In this document: piece after piece, positions 12,163 to 25,000 of the stretch
Layout of the letters: every line of letters starts with the position of its first letter
Numbering within the stretch: position 1 is the first letter of the stretch
Source of the DNA: Laetmonice hystrix
Taxonomy: Eukaryota
DNA length: 60,000 bases
Assembly (NCBI GenBank): GCA_965235115.1
Contig: OZ249436.1
Location: 11,720,001 to 11,780,000, forward strand
Direction of reading: 5' to 3'
Made by a program: the position numbers and the translations under genes
The notes under the pieces: model-generated
Database searches by the model: none
Told to the model about the DNA's origin: nothing
Seen by the model: the letters and a program-made list of their open reading frames with translations, nothing else

Positions 12163-14018
12163 CTATGCTCTTTGGGCTGATTCCTGCGTTTCCTTCAGTA
12201 TCACTATAGCTTGTTTGTGCTCCTCCGACTCTGCTAGGTCTGACTCACTCTCCTGGATGCGGAAGATCAGAAAAGGAAGAAAGGCAAACTACATATTTTT
12301 ATTCAGTGGTTTGGTATTCTGTTCCCAGTGTAGTTGGTTATCATTGACTTATAATTGGTTCCTTATATTGATATTTTCCATGACCATCTGAATACTGGCT
12401 CTAGACATGTAAAATGTTACCGATACTCTCACTGCACTGAGAGGCTGAGCGACCTGTACTTACAGTAAGTTTTGAGAGCTCATCCCAGGCAGCAATCAGT
12501 TTACGTTGGCAGTCTGGGCCCATCATAAGCGATTCCTGCATCACCTCCTCCTGGAAAGTTGACCATACAATATATACATCCCTCACCTGCTACTCACAGA
12601 ACTATAAGGTGTGCACTGGGAAAGACCAAAGTAATGGACGGTTGGATTATGGACTTACTTTGTTTGCTCAGCAATACACTAGTGCCCAGAAGATATTCAG
12701 AGTTGGGGGGGGGGGGGGGAGACCAAGACTAAATCAGAGAGGCTAATAAATAGGGGGTGGGCCGGGCTGAAAGATATTCATGGCTGCACGGCCAATACTA
12801 CACTAGGGCCCCGTTTCACTAAGCCGGGCCCATATAAGGTAAAAGGTAAAATGTCGCCCGTTCTGGCTACGTCCCCCATTGCTTTAACGTTGGCCGTACC
12901 GGGCAACATTTATGACAGGCGACATCGCCAGCTTAGTGAATCGGGCCCCTGATGCCCTGCGGCAAGCCAGGCTCCCCTTCCATCTTGAGATTTTTTGGGG
13001 CTCTCCCCCTTGGTACTTTACCTGTTTCTTTATGTCATGGTCATCCTTCGTATCATCCGCTTTAAATTTCTCCAACTTTTCGCGTTCTTTTTCAGACTCC
13101 TTTTGGTAGTACACCTTTTCCTTGGCCAATCTGAAAAGTGTAGATAAATTTAGTATATCACACATGGAATTGACCAGGGGTGCGTTTCTCGGCATGTCAT
13201 TAGCTTGTCGTAGCATTAACACGATAATGTATTTTGAATGGGGATTTTAACACACGACAGGATAACAATGGATAAGTAACGCACCCTGTTCCTTCCATGC
13301 AGTGGCCGCCCATTGACCATTGTCAGAATCATTCGGCACATGCCCCATTGATGCAAAATCACTCGGGGCAGTATCTTCCACAAGTTTGCGGTATGACGGA
13401 ATATATCAGGTCCTATGAATTTAAAAAAAAATACCCCTCCACATTCCCTGATTTTGCTGTGGGACGATCAGCAACTTTATTTTTTTAAGTGGCCTTGGCT
13501 TATGCCATGCCCATGTATCAGAAACAATTAAGTTTGGGGATACTCGTATAGAACATTGAATAGAGTAGATGTAGTCTACTAGCAATAAACAAGGCCTAGT
13601 TTGGCTATAGTATAGTATGGGCTCATTGACATTGATCAAGTCAACTATATTATACTGCGATGAGTCATCGACTGATGTAGGGACCGAGTCATGCCATCCA
13701 CTCGACACACTGTGACTGTCACAACTGTGACTTTCACAGCACTCACAGACATACACTACTTACACTCTACTAAAACTAGTACTTATAGTAATAGTAGTAT
13801 CACAGACACTGAGTCTGACATAGAGTGATACACGTCAATCATGTCGTCATCAACATTGACAACAAGAATAGTGAAGCACGCCCCGCTCACCTTCTGATCT
13901 GAGCCTGGCCCTGGTGCCTTCTCTCTCGAACCTCTCGAACAAGATTTACGAGATTTACTTGCCTTTTGACCACACCGGTCTTTATCTTGAGGTCGCGCAA
14001 CCGTTTTGGATCGGCCAT
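12163..14018 (-). CDS. TBCA: Tubulin-specific chaperone A (tubulin folding cofactor A), 4 exons, 113 aa
   Basis: Exons 14018-13963 (MADPKRLRDLKIKTGVVK; GC donor AG|GCAAGT), 13130-13022 (RLAKEKVYYQKE...DIKKQ), 12550-12464 (EEVMQESLMMGPDCQRKL), 12252-12163 (ESESDLAESEEHKQA...*). Total 342 nt, phases consistent. Confidence 0.95.
12806..12948. mobile_element. Harbinger-like MITE
   Basis: TIRs GGGCCCCGTTTCACTAAGC / GCTTAGTGAATCGGGCCC; related copy at 16520-16667. Confidence 0.7.
13176..13287. mobile_element. Short MITE; inverted copy at 17660-17767
   Basis: TIR-like GGGGTGCGTTTCT / AGTAACGCACCC; body is the reverse complement of 17660-17767. Confidence 0.65.
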
Positions 14019-14397
14019 GATTGTATTGACTACACTCTCTGCTCTGGTATAGGAAAGTATTGTGGAGTGTAGTACCCCTGTTGTCTTGACTGGTACTGGT
14101 ACTTGTTGCAGCACCGGGCACGAAGTATGACAGTTCTTCGGAAGTTCAAGGACGAATTTTACATAGTGGCGCCCCCTAGAGTCGATCTCCTCCTGGCGGG
14201 AACTCGTAGTCCTGAAATAAGTCGCTATAACTAGGCCGAGAGCTAGCACGTGGAAGTAATCTGACCAGATTCACAGCACACAGAAACGTCACTCACAATT
14301 TGGAATCTGACTGAGATCAATATTAACTTTAGCCTAGGCCGCAAATATGTCATTCTGGTGGGGGGTGGGGGGGGGGGGGGGGATAAATAATTCAAGC

Positions 14398-15242
14398 CAG
14401 GGGGGGTGTCCACGTTCGCAGCGCCCTCTATACGACCAAACATAATAGCGGTCGCAGAGACCGAGCGCGCCAGTACCAAGCGGGACTCGAGCTGAGCGTG
14501 AGCCGGGACCCCCGTGCGCCCTGCAGCCATGTTCACGCGTCGGACAGGATCTAGCCTTCACTCGTTTTTTAACAATTTTACCAGTCTGAGGTATTAAAAA
14601 ACATGCTCCTATAGCTTTAGAACATATTTGAGCCTTTGTGGGTGGTAAGTTTGATAACGATTCCTGGCGCAGTGTATGAAAATTTACGAGTTGATTGTCG
14701 GCTGACACTGACAGCGACTCGAGCCCGGGTGCTTTCCGCGACTCGACGCGAGGACTAGCCGGACATCCCTGGCCGTCTCTCCGATACCAGTGGCAAAGAC
14801 AGACTACCCAAAAGTGCTCTAATGACACAGAAATCTTGGAGCGCTTGCGAGCGGGGTTGAAGAATTAGATACAAAAAATGATAAGCTTTCCAACGGTGGT
14901 AACTGATTTTTTAACGCTCGTCCAGTTAACGTATGGTCAGCGTCTAAAGTTAACCATTTTTTAGCAATTTATCAGTCATGGCAGAATGGCGGACGACGTC
15001 CGATGAATTGGTTAAATATATATTTTTAGAGCACAAAAGCTCACAAATCTGATATAATTAGAAAGAAGATACTACTGTGTAAGCGACTCTAACTCGAATT
15101 TGGCAAATTGATTACGTTTTAACGTATAGACAGCATTTTTGTCAAAGCACTCGATTTTACTTTGAGTCGTCTCGGCCGCATTGTTTTGGTTCTCTATTAT
15201 CGCTCGACCTAGATGGCGCTGCGAACGTGGATACCCCCCCTG
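14398..15242. mobile_element. Non-autonomous DNA transposon with 9-bp TSD (Mutator- or Merlin-like; superfamily uncertain)
   Basis: TIR CAGGGGGGGT(G/A)TCCACGTTCGCAGCGCC; AATTCAAGC duplicated at 14389-14397 and 15243-15251. Confidence 0.8.
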
Positions 15243-15587
15243 AATTCAAGCATAAGACTGAGGTGGGGGGGGGGGGGGGGAGCATGTCGTGAAGCTCTTG
15301 AAAATAAATAATTCAAGCATAAGACTGGGGGGGGGGGGCATGTCGTGAAGCTCTTGAAAATAAATAATTCAAGCATAAGACTGAGGTGGGGGGGGGGGGG
15401 GGGAGCATGTCGTGAAGCTCTTGAAAATAAATAATTCAAGCATAAGACTGGGTGGGGGGGGGGGGCATGTCGTGAAGCTCTTGAAAATAAATAATTCAAG
15501 CATAAGACTGAGGTGGGGGGGGGGAGCATGTCGTGAAGCTCTTGAAAATAAATAATTCAAGCATAAGACTGAGGTGGGGGGGGGGGC
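15243..15587. repeat. ~60 bp minisatellite with poly-G, ~5.5 copies
   Basis: Unit AATTCAAGCATAAGACTGAGGT(G)nAGCATGTCGTGAAGCTCTTGAAAATAAAT. Confidence 0.95.
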
Positions 15588-16519
15588 GGTTACCTGGTAC
15601 CGGATGTTGCTCTGTCGAACAGTTCTGACACCCTACTTGCTTTATTTTTAAAATCAAAGGTCCTGAGTAAAAACACTTTCTGCATGACAGTTAACACAGC
15701 GTTACTTATAGTATAATTAGACGATAATTTAGCTAGCTGGAATACTATATAACATCAAAACAAAATACCCCTACGTTACGGCATGCCACGTGTTTTCTTC
15801 TCACATTCTTCCAAGGACTTAATTAGGACTGAATAAACACACAATGTCCCGTTTTTCCTAGAGGAGCTTTATTAGACTGACATAATTACTCCCGGTTTAG
15901 GTTAGTTATACAATGATATAATAATGAACGACAGGAATGTTTTTGATTTTCACTGTTTCAGGGTAACACACATTAATAGTTGCCTGATGCAGGTAGGCTA
16001 GCTGGGCTCCTGCAGGGGGGGGGGGGGGGGTAGCCCGTGTATGGCTGATCCACGGGACAAAGAGGTTGGGGGGGGGGGGGGGTACAGTCATTCACTGTTT
16101 ATCGACAATAATAACAATATAAAGGTTATACTGTGGATCAGGAGCCTGGGGTCTATCGGAAATAGGAATCGTATTTCTCCGGGGAATGGGTCTTTGATAA
16201 GGAATGCGTTACCATAAACTACACAGTGCCTCTCCTTTATGTTTTTTTAATGTAAAACCGGTCTTGATTTGATCATAGAACATGTAAACTATGATTTGAT
16301 CCATTCTGTAGGAAGTTCTTCCTAACTATTACAAATATTAAAGCAGTGATAGACGCATGCTTTATCTCCCACCAATTGGTTTGCTGCAAATGCCACAAAA
16401 CTCTCTGACATTTGATGAATTCTTGATTTCATCTCGAGTCATTCACCTCATCCTGAAACCATCTTCGACCTCCGTCAGGCACGAAACGAGTACACAGTGC
16501 ATTAGCACCAATATCATCA

Positions 16520-16667
16520 GGGCCCCGTTTCAATAAGCCGGCGACGTCGCCAAATGAGACGTCGCCGCCTGATATAACGTAACATGTCGTCCGTTCTGGC
16601 GATATTGCTTTAATGTTGGCCGCCCCGGGCGACGGGCGACGTTGCCAGCTGAGTGAAACGGGCCCCC
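16520..16667. mobile_element. Harbinger-like MITE (same family as 12806-12948)
   Basis: TIRs GGGCCCCGTTTCA / TGAAACGGGCCCC. Confidence 0.7.
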
Positions 16668-17596
16668 GGAATTTCTTTCCGTATCATCCTTTAATAGGAG
16701 CACAGGGTCCTTACTTGGCCAAGACGTATTTCAATGGAATGTACAACTGAATTTATGAGGCTGATTATATTGAAATTTTCTTAAAGTAATGTCCTGACAT
16801 CCAATATTCCACCACTAACCCTTCCTAAACGACTTCTGTTTGATCTTAATTGTACAGAAATATTATAATGTTACAACAATTTACCACACTGCCCAGCCAA
16901 CTTGGGCCAGCAAACCCGATGCCGCCACTTTACCATGAACATGGTACCCTAATTCTCCCGGATTGTTGACATTCTGGCTGCCTCCTAGCTGGAGTTTTAA
17001 CGATTTTCAGCTGAGCCATAGGCATTATGCAAATACTGCACCTATTTGACGTCGCAAATGTTCTTAGACGTATTTTAGAACATGCAGGAAGTTGATGACT
17101 CATCAGAAACTGACCTAGATTTTCCTACTACAGATGTCAGGATATTACTTTAAGGGCAAAACTGAAAAACGCTGAATTTGAATTTTCGATTTCACTTGTG
17201 ATTAGTGCTTCGAAATATCTGTATTTCCAGGTTAATCATGGACAAGAAACCCATAGTGGACATAAAGAAAAGCTGGTATCTTTTAATGCAAGCTTATGAA
17301 TATAGTTGTTATCAACGTCTTGTATTTGGTCTCTGTTTATAACAACGACTGTGTAGTAAACGTTCACAAACATTAGGCTGTTACAAATTCATTTCACTGA
17401 TATGCTACACCTCACAATACATCCTCAACAAGCTGAAAATAATCTCATAATTTTATGTTTTTATGTTAGACCTATATCGGCATTCTTTCATGATCAACTT
17501 GTCAAGAATACAGCTAATACTCGGCACATGTAAATTGTTTAGCACGCGGAGCATGATTCTAACACTAACATACATAACTGATACTTCAACAAGGAG

Positions 17597-18735
17597 CAGT
17601 TTTATTCAACTGGACACATGGTTGTAGGCCGGGAGGTTGATGCCATCAACAGTAGAATCAGGGGTCCGTTTCTCATGTCGTTATCCTGTCGTGTGTTAAA
17701 ATCCCCATTGAAAATACATTGGAGTTAACGATATGACAAGCTAACGACATGATGAGAAACACACTCCAGTTTCATTCAACTGGAGACATGGTTGTAGGCC
17801 GGGAGGTTGATGACATCAACATCAGTTTCATTCAACTGGACACATGATTGTAGGCCGGGAGGTTGATGACATCAACATCAGTTTCATTCAACTGGACACA
17901 TGATTGTAGGTCGAGAGGTTGATGACATCAACACTAGAATCAGTTTCATTCAACTGGACACATGATTGTAGGTCGAGAGGTTGATGACATCAACACTAGA
18001 ATCAGTTTCATTCAACTGGACACATGGTTGTAGGTCGAGAGGTTGATGACATCAACACTAGAATCAGTTTCATTCAACTGGACACATGGTTGTAGGCCGG
18101 GAGGTTGATGACATCAACATCAGTTTCATTCAACTGGAGACATGGTTGTAGGTCGAGAGGTTGATGACATCAACACTAGAATCAGTTTCATTCAACTGGA
18201 CACATGATTGTAGGTCGAGAGGTTGATGACATCAACACTAGAATCAGTTTCATTCAACTGGACACATGGTTTAGGTTGAGAGGTTGATGCCATCAACACT
18301 AGAATCAGTTTCATTCAACTCACACATGGTTGTAGGTCGAGAGGTTGATGACATCAACACTAGAATCAGTTTCATTCAACTCGACACATGGTTGTAGGCC
18401 GGGAGGTTGATGACATCAACACTAGAATCAGTTTCATTCAACTGGACACATGGTTGTAGGTCGAGAGGTTGATGACATCAACATTAGAATCAGTTTCATT
18501 CAACTGGACGATTGTAGGTCGAGAGGTTGATGCCATCAACATTAGGATCAGTTTCATTCAACTGGACACATGATTGTAGGTCGAGAGGTTGATGCCATCA
18601 ACACTAGAATCAGTTTCATTCAACTGGACACATGGTTGTAGGTCGAGAGGTTGATGCCATCAACATTAGAATCAGTTTCATTCAACTGGACACATGGTTG
18701 TAGGTCGAGAGGTTGATGACATCAACACTAGAATC
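17597..18735. repeat. 62/56 bp minisatellite, ~17 copies, in putative AP3B 3' UTR
   Basis: Unit ATCAGTTTCATTCAACTGGACACATGGTTGTAGGTCGAGAGGTTGATGACATCAACACTAGA; small MITE inserted after the first unit. Confidence 0.95.
17601..17606 (-). terminator. Putative AP3B polyadenylation signal AATAAA
   Basis: First canonical AATAAA I found downstream of the AP3B stop; followed by GU-rich GTTATGTATGTTAGTGTT. Confidence 0.55.
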
Positions 18736-19061
18736 CACATGGATACAAAGTAACAGGCCATACACCAAAACTGGACGATAGTTGTTCATGAATCCTGCTA
18801 CATACCAGAATACCTCAATGACTGCCATGCACAGCCAATACAAATAACAATCAAGCATTTGGCATGTCAAGTGGTCCAATACTGAATGAATGTCCACACC
18901 AAAAATTGTTTCTTTAGTAGGTTATTTCTCTTTCTGTAACTTCATGCATGTCATGACACATATTGTTCCAAACTGCATGATGGCGTTCATGATGAAGATA
19001 GACATGATAAATGAATTTATATATATATATGACAGTTTATATATCCAGACTGCTATTAGCA

Positions 19062-22000
19062 TCATACCTGCTGGAGGCTCCCTTTGAGGTCTTTCAACAA
19101 CATGGAACCAATCACCATTTTTTCACAGTTGACCGTGACCTTTGCCGTCCTATCGGTAACCTTCACTGTGATGAGGGTGTCGGTGCCTGTACTGTACGTC
19201 TTACTGGCAAAGGTATAAACATTGTCTTTCGTTGTCGGTACCTGAAGAGCATTGGCCATTTCATATACTCTACTACAGATGTACTGCGAGTTCAACTCAG
19301 TACCAGCTGGAATATCTGCGCTGCCGACGTTTTCATTCATACCCGTCAACTTGGCTGAAAAAAATACACCACAAGAGGTGAGGGACTAATGCAGAGTAGT
19401 TAAAGCAATGTACAATTTATTGACAACGTTTTTAATAATACTTATAAACAGCAAAGTGACAAGGAAGGTTTATTTCTTCATATACAATCAGCCTACCTTG
19501 TAATGCTGTAAAGTCGTTTTCAGTGAGAGTATTTGGCTGAAGGAGTTCCCCAACTGGTGCTGTTATGCTGACATTGTACTTCTTGTTCCCGTGTATGATC
19601 TCAAACTGGGCAGGTTGCGTGGTGTCATTGAAGTCAATGCTCAGCAACACGTTGGTGCTACTGTTAGGCGCCAATGTTGGCACAGGTGGAAACTCTTGCA
19701 AGTCCATCCCCTTCTGGAGTTTCTGGACAGGCAAAAAGACATTTTATTGTCAGGTACTCACAAACTTCAACATAAATATTAATGTATCATTATTTTTCTG
19801 TCTTTTCTTCCTGCTCTGAAAGTCTGGAAGGAACCGTCTAATCCTTCCTTTTCTGTGTGTGCCACTTACCTTTTCTCCCATTCGAATATTCTCGATGGGT
19901 TTGTCCCCAGTGTTTGTGAATGCAAGTTCCACGGAGACCATTTTAGGTGAGAAGATGGAAACAATGCGGGTGAACTTGTAAGAGGCTGCAAGGCCAGCCC
20001 CAGTGATTCTATTCAGAAGTTCGTGGGTGGTAGTGGGCGTGAAAACGGGACTCATCACCTGTACCAATACAAAAACAACGTAACTATCAGAAAAAGGCAC
20101 CACAGTCTTTCCAGAAAAGTTTTGAAATTAAGGTGTAATACAAACACACAGGTCATATCTACCTGTTTGAAGAATACATCACACGCATCCTGTAAAACTT
20201 TACAACTAGTTGTAATCATCACTGCCCAGACTCACATTGTAGTTGGCCGTTGTCCTTACTGGGGCGACATCCAGGCCGACTGAGGGTGTCAGCATATCTC
20301 CAGGGCTCATGGCAGGAGTCATGTCAGCTGTAGGACTAACTTTAAACCAAAAAACAATACCTCAAATCATTACAATGAACCAAGATCTTCTACCACAATA
20401 CAAACATGGTACTCAGATTAAGGGAGTTTCAAGCAAGTTTTGTTGTAGAACTTACAGTCCAGGTCAAGAAGCATGTCAGAAGTTTTAGTCGGCGCTTTCG
20501 TTCCATGTTTTCCTTCAGCCTTTTTCGACTTTTCCTTCACGTTTGGCTGAAAACATACAAAATAGTTGTGCTTATCACATAACAAATAATTCAATTTTAA
20601 GAGAAATCATCAGTTATCCAATTTTCCTGTCTAGAGTTATTACCAGACAAATATTCCAGATACAAATCAATTACCAAGGTTCCACCAAATATTTTACCCT
20701 TTGCAAATAACAAGCAAGTAGAATTTCATAGGAACCTTTTTCACAACTTCTTCTTCTTCAGATTCACTCTCACTGTCACTTTCACTGTCTTCATCCTCAC
20801 TGTCCGAGGAGCTGGTGCTGCCCTCTTCTTCTTCATCCTCCGACATCTCTTTGAGAACCAACTTCTTCACCTTGGGCTGGATCTTCTGTGGAGGTTCTTT
20901 ATCTGATGCCGACTCCTCCTCAGACTTGCTTTCTGATTCCGATTCACTTGCAGATTGTGATTCAGATTCCTCAGCAGAACTACTATCATCTTCTGTGGAG
21001 TCAGCACCTGATGTTTCCGACGAACCATCTAGAACAGCACAAATCTTCTCATCACCTAATCACACATTAGCAATGTCATCAGCCAATCTGGCCATCAATG
21101 GGCACACTTACTTACATTTGCCATGCTTCTAGTTTCAATATTGCTGACTTCTGAACTTAAAAGTAAATTGACAATGTGCTGAAATGTTGGAATACATCTA
21201 TACCTGATTCACTGCTAGAGTAGAAAGATTTTTTCTTTTCTGCTTTCTTGGAATGTGAAACTTTCTTCTCTTCTGCCCATGGAATAGTAACTTCCACATT
21301 GCGTACTGATGGGTCTGGGGCATTCTCTGGCCATTCAGGTAACTCTTGGTATCCTTGGGCTTTTGAGTTGATGATGTGAGACAATGTTCCCAGCTGAAAC
21401 TGGTCTCGATCTGAATAGAAAGCCAGCATTCATTTTGACAAAAGGCTGCATACCACTGCGTTATTCTTACAGCATTATGATAATTTGATGGAGAAATTGT
21501 CTACCGCACTGGAGGATTGATTGATTTCTCAATAGAAGCTAAGGCAGTGACAGTGAACTTACATATATACATGAAGAGTGAGACAGAATGAAACACTGAC
21601 AGAGAACATCAACAAGTTGAAAGATTTTAACTACTGGTAATCAATTTAGTTAGAAGAGTGTAATTCTATTTCTAAGGTACAGATGCAAGAAACGTCCCCC
21701 TTCATATCACAAACAGTGGAATTTATGAGATTAACACAAATTATTACAATTCAACTTTGAAGAACACAAGTTAACAAATCTTTAACTTCTAATTCCAAGC
21801 TTCCTCTCAAATATCAACAAGATGGTGATGGAAATCAGACTGTGGCGTCAAGTAGTGTACTGACCCAGGTTCTCTTCAGAAGTCCAAGGTTAATTCAAAA
21901 GGGTAAGAGATTGCTTTGACTGCCTTAAATTTTAAACATTCCATGGGAAATCAAATTACAAATAACACTGTATACAAAATTTAAAAACAAATAAAATATC

Positions 22001-25000
22001 CCACTATCTGAACGTTTTCCAGAGAGCACTTATACAATATCGTCAGTAGTTAAAGTGGTCTGAAACCACCCAGAATACTCATAATTTCTGGAGGAGCTCA
22101 ATCTTGTTACATACAAAAAGTGCATTTGTACCTTTCTTTTGCTTTTCCATGTGAATGGAAATCATAACAAAGTGGACAGAAAATTCTTATCGGTTGGCCT
22201 TGCACTAGTGATCAAACCCAGTGTTGTGTGCCTAGGGCAACAATACTAACCTTTATATTTACTCTCCAAGACAGGTGCTGGCTTGGTAGCAAGAAAGATC
22301 TTCTTGGCATGTTTGGCCAGGGCACCTGACTTGTCACCGGGCAGAATCAGCTGGCGTAGAAATCGGGCACGGTCCCGAATGTCATAGTTCTGGTCGTACT
22401 TGGCCAGGTTGAAAACATACTGACAGAGGAGCTTGGTTTGTTTGCTGTTGGTGATGCATAGCTTGGCAGCCAGGTTTAAGATTTGCAGCTTCACTATCTC
22501 TTCCTGCAAATCAGACATAATGTGTTAGCACAAATAACTATGTTACTCCACCGTAAAAAATTAGCAGACCAGTCCTAGCTCATAAAAAAAGACATCCAAC
22601 TACCATTCCCAGCTAAAGATTCCATCATTGAGCAGAATCTAAAGTAAAGCTTAAAGAAGAAAATGTTGAAATGCTGACACCACAATCTGTATGTCTCCAA
22701 TATTTGAAACTAGCACTCCTCTCACCTCATTGATGAAGCCCTTTGCCATCTTGCGGAGTACATCAGGTGCGATCTTTGGGACCCTGTCTGAGTACTCGCC
22801 AATGAGCCACAGGATGGAAGCCCTTGCCATGGGCACGGTGATGGTGTCTGCTAGCTTGGCCATGTGGATGATGATATCCTTGTGCTCAGTGGGCTGCATC
22901 TGGAGCAGCTTCTTGATCACCACAACACTCTCCCCCACGACGGCCTCTGTCAGAAACACAAGGAATGACCAGGGCCTCATTATACCCTCTCCAACCACAC
23001 TACACTCTCCCCCACCACGGCCTCTGTCAGAAACACAAGGAATGGCCAGGGCCTCATTATATACCATCTCCAACCACACTACACTCTCCCCCACCACGGC
23101 CTCTGTCAGAAACACAAGGAATGACCAGGGCCTCATTATATACCATCTCCAACCATACTACACTCTCCCCCACCACGGCCTCTGTCAGAAACACAAGGAA
23201 TGACCAGGGCCTCATTATATACCATCTCCAACCACACTACACTCTCCCCCACCACGGCCTCTGTCAGAAACACAAGGAATGACCAGGGCCTCATTATATA
23301 CCATCTCCAACCACACTACACTCTCCCCCACCACGGCCTCTGTCAGAAACACAAGGAATGACCAGGGCCTCATTATATACCATCTCCAACCACACTACAC
23401 TCTCCCCCACCACGGCCTCTGTCAGAAACACAAGGAATGACCAGGGCCTCATTATATACCATCTCCAACCACACTACACTCTCCCCCACCACGGCCTCTG
23501 TCAGAAACACAAGGAATGACCAGGGCCTCATTATATACCATCTCCAACCACACTACACTCTCCCCCACCACGGCCTCTGTCAGAAACACAAGGAATGACC
23601 AGGGCCTCATTATATACCATCTCCAACCACACTACACTCTCCCCCACCACGGCCTCTGTCAGAAACACAAGGAATGACCAGGGCCTCATTATATACCATC
23701 TCCAACCACACTACACTCTCCAACTAGCAGCCAACACACTGTTCTCTTGTAACACTTACATATAGCATGGATCTGACTGAAGCCTGGCTTCAATCCCAAT
23801 TTATGAAAACATTGAAAATTTCTTGTGCCTTTTTAGAGTACTGTATGAAGTATCGGATGAACATATACAAGGTTATCAATAACTGATACATAATTAGTGT
23901 TACAAGATAAGGTGTCATCAAGTTAAACTTACCATCTCTATTTGAGAGCAGACTAACAAGGCCATTGAGACAAGCATCCGTAATCTCAGAAATACTGCTG
24001 GCACATCGACCAATTGCCTGGATGGTTGCTGCTGCAAACTCTTTATCTGAGCTAGTTACATACGTCTGGAAATACCAAAGGTGATTATTACTATGCTTGC
24101 CTTGAAATAACAGTTGGCCACCATTCATACAATTTGTTTAAAGAACAAAATCGATTTAATACAATTGGTACACATCCAACACAAAACAGGAAGTTTCAGC
24201 TTTCCCACATACCTGAAATTCTCGTAAGATGGTTGAAATATTCGTCTCTGTGGCCAAGTTTGTGAGAATTTCAAGCTGCAAAATAAATATTTTTCTACCA
24301 TCAATAACATGCTCAATAATGCCTAAAAGGCAATAGAATATTATCTTTTCTTAATATGTATTTGAAAAATACTTTCATAACAATATTACAGGCACCATTC
24401 AGCCTACACAAAAACTCAAGTCAATTAACAGATACAATTTTTCATTTACCACCATTCAATGCTTTGTCATAATATCAATACGATTCCATCATAATGAATA
24501 AACTAGAAATGGATATGCACCTTCAGCAGCTTAACTTGAGTTGGGTCATTTGATCGCACATAGAAGCTCTTAAGATATGGTTCAAACATTCCCTGTAAAT
24601 AATGAAAAAGTCCTTGTTTGATCATGTCTGACACTTGGAATAATTTTCTGTGAAAAATAACACATTGGTTGACTGGGCAGGTACCAACCACACCGACTGT
24701 ATTGAACATGTCTAATTCATTCTTTCCACCACTCAGATTGGACTTCTCCCATGAGCTCTACTGATAAAGAGATCTCTCCTAGATAAAGTAAGGATGGCCT
24801 TTTAATGTGTCCACCATAAGGAAAGAGAGGAAGAAACGTACAATGAATGGTGTCATTTTATTGTGTCTGTATTTTTCAGATGGGCTTATTTCCCAAAATA
24901 AGGTGTCAAAGGAGTGGTTTATTACCTACCTATGCGCCAAATACAACGTGTTATCTTGCACACTGAATAAAAGAATCTGAATCATTTGAATTAAATTACA

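Noticed and set aside
14019..14249. In-frame N-terminal extension of TBCA (ORF 13887-14249)
   Set aside because: No similarity to known TBCA before MADP; it overlaps the probable promoter/5' UTR.
22691..23282. Plus-strand ORFs of 170 and 105 aa
   Set aside because: Antisense to AP3B exon 14 and its minisatellite; repeat-derived.
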